Notes under the pieces: model-generated
Databases searched by the model: none
What the model was told of the DNA's origin: nothing
Seen by the model: the letters and a program-made list of their open reading frames with translations, nothing else
Made by a program: the position numbers and the translations under genes
Shown: positions 13,092 to 22,991 of the stretch, in pieces
Layout of the letters: the number at the start of each line of letters is the position of its first letter
Numbering within the stretch: position 1 is the first letter of the stretch
Origin: Macrostomum lignano
Taxonomy: Eukaryota
Assembly: GCA_002269645.1 (NCBI GenBank)
Contig: NIVC01000150.1
Location: 310,001-374,000, forward strand
Reading direction: 5' to 3'
DNA length: 64,000 bases

Positions 13092-13352
13092 GGGCCTTTT
13101 CATATTGCTTACTCTGGTTCCAGAACCAGAACCAATTTGTGAAGTATAACTTTTTGTCTCCATAACTAGAGGGAGATACGTGCTATAAAGTTGAATGACT
13201 AATGAATGACAATCGCCAAGAAGAAAGTGAAAAATTGTGCTAAGTTAGGTTGTTAAGGCAGTCAAATATTAACAGAGTTTAATAGTTATACTGCTGTTTT
13301 TTTGGAATTCCAAATCAATTCTGGTTCTGGAATTGGTAATATGAAAAGGCCC
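13092..13352. mobile_element. PIF/Harbinger-like MITE
   Basis: TIRs GGGCCTTTTCATATT / AATATGAAAAGGCCC, plus inner inverted CCAGAACCAGAA / TTCTGGTTCTGG. Flanks are CTA and TTA (imperfect TWA TSD). Confidence 0.6.
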
Positions 13353-14511
13353 TTAGATTGCTAGTTGTTAAACGGAAAAGAAACTGAAAATTTTAAAAGA
13401 AAGTAATATGTAAAATGTTATTATAATCTATATAGTACTAGGCCTAATATTATTAGTATTAGGGCCTAGGCCCTAATAACACTACATAGTACTAATATGA
13501 TCTCTGATCTAAAATATTGTCTTAGAGTTCTAGCACAAGGCCTAGCAAAGATTTTTTAATAAGATTAAATAAATTAAGATTAATTTCAATTAAATATAAG
13601 AATTATAATTATTGAATGATAATTGCTATATAATTTATTTTTTAATAATTAAGCATAATTAACATTAAGCATAACATTAACATTAACATTAAGCATAATA
13701 GTAATAAGCCTACTACCCATCAATATGAATAGTAGGCCAATATTTTATAATTTATACCATACTATCCTAGACAGACGAGATCCTTTGCAATGTCCTAGTT
13801 TTCCGCGTTAAATTATTTTGACCCGATTTGGACTATTGCCAATAGTATTGGAGCCCAACTTGGATAGGCATAGGCCTACATACATAATTACTAACTAGAT
13901 GAAATTCAAAGATAACTTGACACATTTTTTAGCAAAATTCATTAGTCAAGTTTTCTTATTGGCTGGCTATTAAAGGGGTAACAGTCCACTTCGTTAACAG
14001 CCACTACGGTAACAAAAATGATTAATTGATTACCAATTCGGTAACTGCCATTTTGGTAACAGCCACTTGGTAACAGCAGAGGCTATATCGAAATATTCAA
14101 CAAGCTATCCAGCAAAAATTTGTTGATGAATCATGAATTCAGTTTAAAAATTTATACTTTAGCTTAAAGCCTCAGTACTATCCTATTCTAGCTCGTTAAA
14201 AATATAAGATGAAGTACGAGTTCGGATCTTCCCGGTCCCGGTTCAGTTCCGAAATTTAAAATATTTCATTCCGGATTGCTTCTAAATAGTTAGTGTACAA
14301 ACAAAGTAAAAACATTTGTGCTCTAATTGCACCTGAACATTAAATAAAAAAGCATTGCCCTTGCAAAAAATATTTAAATTGTTTATTTTTTATGATAATT
14401 GTACATTTTATTTTAACTTTTTCGTCAGTAATTTTAGCGCGTATATGAAACTTATATGAAATTCAAAAGCACATTGCTTTCGAAGTCCTTTTAAAATACA
14501 CTTAAGGCAAA

Positions 14512-14698
14512 GGTAGCGGCGCAACCAGGGGGGGGCGACCGCCCCCGCCCCCCCTCTTATAGATGGAGACCCAAAAAATCAGAGGGGGACCAAGCGAATT
14601 TTCGCAAAAAACAGAGCCATCCCTCCGCCGGGCCCCCTCCCGGGACTTTACCCTCCAGAATCCGTCCCACCTCAAAAAATTTCTGGTTGCGCTACTAT
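14512..14698. mobile_element. GC-rich MITE-like insert
   Basis: Imperfect terminal IR GTAGC(GG)CGCAACCAG / CTGGTTGCGCTAC, an internal GGGCGACCGCCC palindrome, and an AT-rich background. Confidence 0.4.
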
Positions 14699-15129
14699 AA
14701 GAAAGTTTCCTTACACACCCTCTCTTCAATATAAATTTATAATTATATAATATTTTTCAGTGTAAAATTATAATAATTATATATGTATAAAATATATACA
14801 TTATTATATATTAGCTTACATGTAGCTCGTATATATAATTATACATTTATAATTAAAATAAAAGATATTTTATTTATCACTTTCTTTAAAAAATTAACCT
14901 CATAAGAATAAATTTTAAGCATAAAAGTCATGCTCAATAGTCTTTTTCTGAGCCAAACTGTCACTCTATAATGATGGTATTAAATTACGCGTAGATGACC
15001 TTTGTTTTAGTTTTTAGTTACTCTTAACACTAGAAAAAAATTTACCTGGGACTATATGAAGTATGAATTGTTTCAACTAATTGTTTTACTTAAATGAATA
15101 AAAAATATATACACTGTAAAAGTTAGCTC

Positions 15130-15960
15130 ATAACAACAACAACAAAAACAAATTTATGCAGCCCCGCAATCAAAGTCACAAAGCAGGGTGCGTCATATGG
15201 CGCGGCAGAGACTGAGAACGGACGAAGTCCGCACCGTTGGCAGTGTCAGACGCCATGGCGTCGTGTAGGAGACAGTCCACGTATCGACGGGTTTCGGCCT
15301 GACCCCGCCTGAGCGGGCCATCTGCAGAGTGAGGAGCAGAACGTCCTGAACAGGTTTTGGGGGCAGTAGCCCTCGGCCCGGATCACGTGTGGCCCGCCAG
15401 TTGAAGTTGCCGCCGGCGCAGGATGGTGGACGGGCGCTGCAGCTTGGCCCGATCGTACAGGGCCTCGGTCCCGACGCTCTCGTCAGCTCGGAAGGCCGCA
15501 CGGAGCAGCCCTGAGTGCGCCGAGTCCAGCTGCCGCTCTAAGCGTAGCCGTCAGTGTCCACGTGTCGGCGTTGTGGAGTACACCGCCTGCCACAGCCGAC
15601 GAGCCCTCTGGCGGTCGGGCAGCACTTCGGACTGGACGTCAGCCCGGATCGAACGGAAGGCCGCCCAGGCAAGTCCTCTGCGCCGCCGGATAGAGGTCTT
15701 CGTCCACGTGAGGCACCAGACCGCCGAGTAGGTGAGCCGCTGCATGGTAGCGTGCGCGCGAGCGTGGTCATCTGCCCGTCTGCGAGGCGACATATCAGGT
15801 CCGCTGGGATGTCGGCCGGCACAGTCAGTACCTCGGTCTTCAGCGTGTGGACAACCAGTCCGACGCTCAAAGCCACCTAGACCAACCTGTCGATCTGGCG
15901 CTGGGCGCCTTCAACGGACGAGGACAGGAGGGCGAGTTCGTCGGTGTAGCCAAGCAAATA
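15130..15960 (-). mobile_element. 5'-truncated, decayed RTE-like non-LTR retrotransposon
   Basis: Minus-strand frames give LLGYTDELALL (decayed YADD), IRRRRGLAWAAF and PVQDVLLLTL, with frameshifts and stops. A (TTG)n-like tail lies at ~15130-15150. Confidence 0.75.
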
Positions 15961-16779
15961 ATAATAAGGCGCTTTTCGCCGTGGCGGCGACCGATGCGTC
16001 TGCGCAGCGCAGGAAGCCGTCGTTAGCCAAGGAGACTGCGGTCCGAAGCACCCAGTGGTGGCAGCAGAACGAAGAGAAACGGCGCCAAAGTGTCGCCCTG
16101 CAGAACTCCTGATGAAGTTTCGAACTGATGATGATTTACATGTATGTAATCGCCCTACTAGTGAACCGTCTTCTCATGGGGGAAGGATCAGATCGTATGA
16201 CTATAGGGATGGCTGCCAGCCGTCTATGACCAGACTATGACCGACAGATCGCCTTCAGGTTGTCCCGCCGATTCATTATTGATAACTTTTTGGTAGTGCT
16301 ATATTTAGAGATGGGGTAAGGACCCAAATGTGCCCCATCGATAGCTAAGGTGCAAATATTGATCATCGGGTTATTGCATGACCCACTGGCTGCCACCACT
16401 CTGTGACCTGGCGAACCTGGATCTACGGTATGACCAGACCTGGCGAGGCCGGAGCCCCGCCTGGGATGGGATCAAGGGTTGGAGCTAGCGGGGAGCAGCA
16501 TGCAGCCGAATAGCTAATAGGAATCTGCTTGGGCACAAAACGGGAACTCCGGGATCATACCGACGGATTTTTATCAGGGGATCCTTTTAAGGCTGTGATG
16601 ACATACGGTTCAGATTGCAAAAAGTACATGTAGTTTATTAAGAGAACACGTAGAACAGCTATACATGTACATCTAGTTTGGATTGATCAATGGGTTCGGG
16701 CCTGGCCCCTCATATGAAAGGTTTTCCTCTCCACATGGAGCACCAGACCGCTGGTGTGATGAACCACTGCTGGCAGCGT

Positions 16780-16925
16780 GCATCTGCGCCGTGGCATGTC
16801 AGGTCCGCTGATACGTCAGCAGACACAGTCAGCATCTCGGTCTTCAATATGCTGACAACGCTTGAATCCATCTCCCTGTGCTTTCAACAGACGAGGAAAA
16901 GATGTCGAGGTTGCCAGCGTTGCCA
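16780..16925 (-). mobile_element. Second short decayed fragment of the same RTE-like RT region
   Basis: Nucleotide similarity to 15780-15940 (ACAGTCAG..CTCGGTCTTCA; SSSVE...KTEMLTV). Confidence 0.55.
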
Positions 16926-17942
16926 AACAAGCTCAGGTGTTTTTTGCCGCTGGCGAACGATGCGTCTCCACAACAGATAAAAAAGCACGAAGAAATCTCT
17001 CCATTTCAGCATTCGAAGTGTACTGTGAAGCTCGCAAATGTTCAATTGAAAATTGATATTTTTGATGTAAGGTCTACTCAGATGTTATATTGCAAAATGC
17101 TTTTAGTTTAATTTTGAAAAGATTTTCCTTGCTGTAGTATACATTTGATTTTTTGTTGATTTAGTTTCGTGGAACTGGACTGGACGGGGAACCGAAAATC
17201 CGGTCATGTACGAGTTAAATCTGAAGTCGCGTACTCCAGTTAAAAGTTTGAAAGCGCGCCAGAATTTTTACGGCATTATTGGACGAAAATTGACGACTAA
17301 CATGCGTCAGACTCTATTTTCAGTAATACATGCAATATCACGTAAACGGCGAGTGATCATTCCATAGTCCAAAAAAACGGTTTTCAAATGTCAATTTAAA
17401 TGCTTAGGCTTCACCCCTTTTCTCTATGTAAAACCACAACGGTCAAGAGACAAAGTCCATCTTCTGATTTTTATCAATAAAACCGGTTTGAAGCTCAAGG
17501 TCGAATGAAATCGTGTATAAATGCAAGCGAAAAATCCGAGCTGAAACCTCAGACTCGGAGCAGCCTTAAGAAATCTTGGGCTTAGCCAAGCTACCAAGCA
17601 AGGCTATATCTCTGAGAGAGACAAACACCAATTGGTAAGCCTTTGTTAGAGTCTTTGTTATTTAAGTCTTTGTTATTCGATTATTGAGAGCTGTGTCATT
17701 GCCGGCCGTTACTGATCAGTCGATTTATTGAGTTATTGATTTTGAGGCCTCCCTATTCCTAAGGGATTGGATAGGATCTGCAGACCGATTCCGATACTCT
17801 TAGTCGATTATTGATTGATTGATTTTGGTACCCTAGAGTAACCGATAGGAGCACACGACTCAGATTCCGTTATTTCTAGAAGAAGACGCCCTTTCGGAGG
17901 ACCTCGTTATTGTTATAGAGTTGACATTGTTATTAGGGCGCA

Positions 17943-18040
17943 TCTCTGCACTCGAGGAATATATTGATTTCTGCACTCGAGGAATATATCGATTTCTGCA
18001 CTCGAGGAATATATTGGTTTCTGCACTCGAGGAATATATT
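17943..18040. repeat. 26-bp tandem repeat x4 (TCTGCACTCGAGGAATATATTGATT)
   Basis: Four direct units are visible. Confidence 0.9.
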
Positions 18041-18363
18041 GACGTCGACGGACTAATTTATTAAGTTATATTCGGCCGATTCTAGAATTCAAGAAGACTA
18101 CTCCGGAGGAAGAAGATTTGAAGAGACGAGCTCGGAAAACCTGCCCGACAAAGAAGAGGAGCCCGCACCATAGCCAGCCCGTAAGTGACACTGAAATTTG
18201 TTCCCCAGGCTTGAGGTCTGGAAGTACATGACCGGATCGGGGCACGAAAGGAAGAAGACTCAATAAGGTAAGGCAGAACATGGACCGAGTTTGATGGTGT
18301 TGGCCGATCTATCCGTGATATCTATATTTGTCCCACACTCACTCAGCTAGCGTATTAAATCGT

Positions 18364-18737
18364 AGTCTATGGCACAAGTGACAACTTTCTGTACTAATTT
18401 TTGCCTGAAGTGAAACTAATGAGGCGCTGACTAATGCATACAACGTGTGTTATCTATAGGCGTGCTTACAACATGGAAGCAAGTGATTTTGACACTGAAT
18501 TCGATTTTAGTGTGTTGGACTCCCTCTTCGAGAGTGAAAAAGTACAGCGGCGTAAACCAACAGAGAATGATCAGCGAGACGCTCAGGATGACGTCTGGAG
18601 TAGCGACAATTACACCTGCGCCTACAGCTCCGCCTGATGCCGACTCAACGTCTGCCGTTGACACTGCGACCCCCAAAAAGAAGACGCGACTAGAAATATG
18701 CGGTGAGACTAACAGAATCAGCATCCACTTTGATTGA
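18364..18737 (+). mobile_element. Internally deleted mini-Crypton (acidic N-terminus joined to the conserved C-terminal tail)
   Basis: Starts with TAGTCTATGGCACAA, as does the Crypton at 27186. Encodes MEASDFDTEFDFSVLDSLFE, then in a shifted frame KKKTRLEICGETNRISIHFD*, matching the tails of the YR copies ending at 28604, 44386 and 48448. Confidence 0.65.
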
Positions 18738-19165
18738 TCATTAATTAATTAATTTAATTAACTTCGATTAACAACAATAAGCGTTTATATACATTTCAAT
18801 GACATCTAATTAGACTTAATCTCCGTTTTTGTTCAAAACATTGCTCGTTTCATCGTTTGCTGCTCGTTTATTTGTAACTCAAAATACATGGTATATTTCC
18901 ACATTTATTTTGTTGTCTAGCGGGCAAAAGCAAGAGGTGTCTCGTTTATTTCGTTCAATGATCGAGACACCGAGGGCTTTTGGCCCTAGACAGCTAAATG
19001 AGTGGGGAATATGATATGTATCCCCGTTCGGTATGTTGGCTGCTAGCGGGGATGAGGGGGCAGATTACTCGCTGGGGGTGTGGGGGCGAAGCCCCCACAT
19101 TTAGGCCACAGACAAACTTGCCACGAACGCACGCCCACTCTCTATATTGAAATTGCAGTAATGGG

Positions 19166-19303
19166 TTAAATGGGGCAAACGCGTCAGTAACTTGATAGTC
19201 TATGGCTGTCTTCCATGCATTTAAATGGGGCAAAGTCGTCAGTAGTGCTTTTAAATGGGGCAGAGTCGTCAGTAATGTTTTTAGCTGGGGCAGACGCGTC
19301 AGT
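19166..19303 (+). promoter_or_regulatory. Four iteron-like direct repeats (TAAATGGGGCARASKCGTCAGT)
   Basis: Copies start at 19166, 19221, 19251 and 19281; the last three have a 30-bp period. They lie just upstream of the Rep-like gene. Function is inferred. Confidence 0.6.
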
Positions 19304-19531
19304 TAGATGGTTTTGAAAAGAATCACTACTGCTACTACTCTTAGTATAATCGATGAATTGATTGATTGACTGCTTTACCTTTCAAAATATAAGTTTTTAC
19401 CTAAAATACTAAGTGTGGATTTAATATTACTGAGCGGCGGCAGCAGCGATGGAGTCGAGCTGGACAGAAGCCTGTACATATGATTTGCCAGTTATTAATT
19501 GGATCACCGCATTGTGTGCTGTCGTAACAGA

Positions 19532-20035
19532 ATGTCTTCTTGGCAAGACGAGTTTACGGACAGCGACGACGAGCGCATCGCAGCTGCATTAGATGAGTAC
19601 GAGCGAGAGAGAGCCGCTGCTGCCCAGAATACGACTGCAGGCCCCGTGTCTTCTGTCCGCAAGCGGGAAGTTTCCGCCGATGGTATCCCACCTGCTGGTC
19701 AGCCGGCACAGAAACGGCGGAACGCCACGACGGACGACGAAAAATCCGACGACGAGTTCAGTGTGCTGGCGTTTAGTAGAGCTACGCAGCGGCTACCACA
19801 GCCGACACTGCCGTCACAGTCAACAATGCAGCAGCAGTCATCCGCCTCCTACGAGCTTGATGAGATGGACTCGGACGACCGGGCGGCCCTCAACGCCATG
19901 CTCGACTACGAGGCGTCCATAAGCCCTGCCGTGCCGCAGCAAAAACCGCCGCCGGAACCTGCTGCAGCTGTCGCCAACCCTGCCGAGCTCTCAACGCTGC
20001 CGAAACCGCCAGCAGTAGCCGCCGAGCTGCATCGT

Positions 20036-20072
<37 letters not shown>

Positions 20073-21796
20073 CTGAAGGGCAGCGATTAACGCAGCAGAG
20101 GGAGCCGTACTCGCAATGGTCAATGCAGACCATGCCTCTGGCGAGCCAACGACGGACCTGGAACCGGCCTGAAGCTCGAGCCGCCGAGGAGCTTCGACCG
20201 GACGAACTGTCCTCGTTAAGCTACAGCCCGCCGTCATCTGCTGCACAGTTAATTCGAATGCTACAGCGCTCGGAGTCTGGCAGTACCATCAGCATCAGCA
20301 GCAGCTCCAGCTCCCGACGCAGCAGAGGCGCAGCGGCAAACGGTCGAGGCAGAGGCGTCGGCGTCCGACAAATCGGCCAGAATCCGCTGCTGCAGGCCGA
20401 CTCGTTCCGCCAACAGTTCACGGTCACTCGATCAGCTAGCCGTTCGCTACCGCTGTATGGTGCCGCTCCGGTACAGCGGCTGGTTGAGGACACCGGAATA
20501 CTAACTGTGCGGCGCTATCTGCACGTCTTCCACATCGATAATTTGCGCTTCATCGGTGAGTAGTAGTAGTAGACTACTCTTCTCCCTGCTTAACTTTATA
20601 CTTATGCATGCAACGCCACAACAATCCCATGTACAGGCCGTGCAAAGGTGTACTTGGGCGAGGCGCTCGAGCCGCACTGCACTGAGTTGCTATTGGCGTC
20701 CAGTCCGGAACTTAACGTCGGCATGGACGAGTCGTGTGACCGCCGGCTAGTGGAGGACCCGCTGGCTGTCGACGAAGAGCAGCAGCAGCACCAGCAGCAC
20801 CAGCAGCATCGCACCTTGTCGGGCTACATTCGGCTTGTGACCAACACCGCCGGCTGGCACGTTTACGAGCTGCTGCACAGACTGCTGCCGGGATCCGAGG
20901 TGGGCCGAGGTTTCGTGCTCAACAACCTCACAACGCTGACAGTCTGCGGTGTGCGTTCCCCTGATACGATTGTGCGAAGTCTCACGCAGCACGATGGATA
21001 CCCGCTCCTGGTCGGCATTGGCGTATCTCAATGCAGCATGCTGGTGCAGGCAACGCGCTGGGTGCTCTCCTACCCGCGGACGGCCAGCCTGCCAAATAAT
21101 ACCGATGGCTTTCTGCTAGCTCACCAGCAGATGCGTGCGGCACTCCTTACGATGTTTAAGGATATCCAGCGCCAGCGTCGCATCCGTCAGGAGCGCCTCC
21201 AACGCTGCTCGGCTTGCTCAGAAGCACTGAAGCAGACAATGCGACACCTGAAGCACCGTCAATGCCCGCTCCGGGTGGCCGTGTGCAATGCCCTACTCCG
21301 GACATCAGGTGTCGTGTACCTTTACGGGCCATCAGGAGTCGGAAAAACCACGGCCGTTGAGCGCCACTGGGGCCTAGAGCGAGTATTCTGCCCAACAATC
21401 AAGCCTTTCGGTGGCAACGACTTCATCTTTGATGGGCTCGACATCAACAGGCACTCTGTCATCTTCATTGACGAAATTCGGCCCCAATATTTTGAAGGGA
21501 GTAGTGACCTACAAGCGACGCTACTGCGGCTGTTGAATGGGAACTCGTTTCTAATTAACGCGAAGCATCAATCGCATGTGTACATCGACTGGGCGCAAAG
21601 ACTCATAGTCCTGGCCGGGCACGCCTCGCCTGAAGAATACAGTCCGGATTTTCAGCGCCGGCTGCGGAACGAGAATAATGTCGCTATAGAAATGGATCAC
21701 GACATTGAAGAATGTCATGGGGAGTGCCAGCCAGTACCTGATGGCGCCTACGCTGCTGACGCCGCCGACGATGAGCCCGACAATGGCATGTACTGA
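19532..21796 (+). CDS. CRESS-Rep-like protein with SF3 helicase domain; spliced join(19532..20555,20637..21796), ~727 aa
   Basis: An 81-nt phase-1 GTGAGT...TACAG intron joins the two tracked ORFs in frame (RFI-G-RAKVYLG). Walker A GPSGVGKT, FDG..Walker B VIFIDE, LLRLLNG and an Arg finger FQRRL are present. Upstream are degenerate RCR-like motifs FHIDN, TLSGY and SLTQHD. The N-terminus is acidic and polyQ-rich. Confidence 0.75.
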
Positions 21797-22476
21797 TCTT
21801 TTGATCGATCGATCGATTAATGTTCTGTTTCTTGACTAATAACTTGGCTACTACTACTATTAGAGACTACTCTGGCCTAATAACGGTTCTTTGTTTAGTA
21901 ATCAATCAATTCATTTATTCAGCTAGCCAGCCAGTCAGTCAGCTTTTCCCCCCTCCCCCGATATTTTTGTCGCATAGTTTAAGGCCTTCTTAAGCCTATT
22001 GTTCCTGTCTATTGACTATACAGTTTTCCGTTGACTAAAAACTGCAGGTATGAAGATTTCTTACCTTGTTGATAATAATAATAATAATCCACAACAATGC
22101 ACAACAGCGATGAGCAGCGGTAGATGATTAACAACAACGGCGGCAGAAGAAAAAGGACGTAAAAAATTCAAATGGCGTGCCAAAGCAGAAAACTTAGTCT
22201 CAATAATAAAATCTCTATATAACTATCAATCGTATAGAAGAAGAAATTAAACGCTAGCTAGCTAGCTGCTGTTAGGGATGCAACTTAAATCTTCCTTGTC
22301 TTTACAGTCGAATACATTAATAGTTTATGGCTTTAAGTTTGATTACATCTATAAATAACTGGTGCATTTACATAATAAATAATAATATAATAATAATAAC
22401 ATCGAACATCTGATCGCGCAATATCAAAAGATGAAAAAATTTATAAACAATGGCTGGCTAACTAACGCATGTCCAT

Positions 22477-22949
22477 CGTACAGTTCATAGTGCGCGCATA
22501 ATTCCCTAAAATAATACGAATAGCTAAATGAATCGAGTCCCTTATAATTTTATAGAGTTTAATGCGCGCACTATGAACTGTACGTAATTTTCATGCTCTC
22601 GAACAATTAACACACTATAGGCAGTGATGAGTATAGCGGTAACAAAAATACGAGCATACAAGCATATCTGATTGCACAAATCGAACGCGTACAGTTTATA
22701 GTGCGTGCACAACTCCTAAAAATATATAAATGTGGAAATTGATTGACATTGCAAATCTCTTAATTATTTAGAGTTTTATGCGCGCACTATCGACTGTACT
22801 AATAATTATATTGCAATACTATAACTGAAAACTATGTCAACAATTAGTACATGCAGAGTCTGTAGCGGTACATAAATAAAAGCACTGCCAAATAAATTAA
22901 TCATTCAAGAACGTATAAGGCGCGCACGTACGTGCGCGCATTATACGTT
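22477..22949. repeat. Three related palindromic sites sharing a GTGCGCGCA core
   Basis: Perfect 23-bp arms at 22477-22499/22562-22584, an imperfect copy at 22689-22709/22779-22799, and a 40-bp palindrome with one mismatched pair at 22910-22949. Confidence 0.85.
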
Positions 22950-22991
22950 ATTGTTATTAATTAATTAATCAAGTTAGTGAGAACATAGCAT

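Noticed and set aside
16100-16135. Possible hammerhead ribozyme (CTGATGA...CGAA)
   Set aside because: I could not build stems I-III or find a complete GAAA core.
19422-19430. TAATATTAC as a bona fide CRESS origin
   Set aside because: No flanking stem, and an AT-rich 9-mer is expected about once or twice by chance in this window. Kept only as a weak note.
19532-21796. Calling the Rep-like gene a Helitron or a parvovirus NS1
   Set aside because: No PIF1/SF1 helicase motifs, Walker B context (FDG...IFIDE) is CRESS-like rather than NS1-like (WWEE), and no capsid gene is recognisable.
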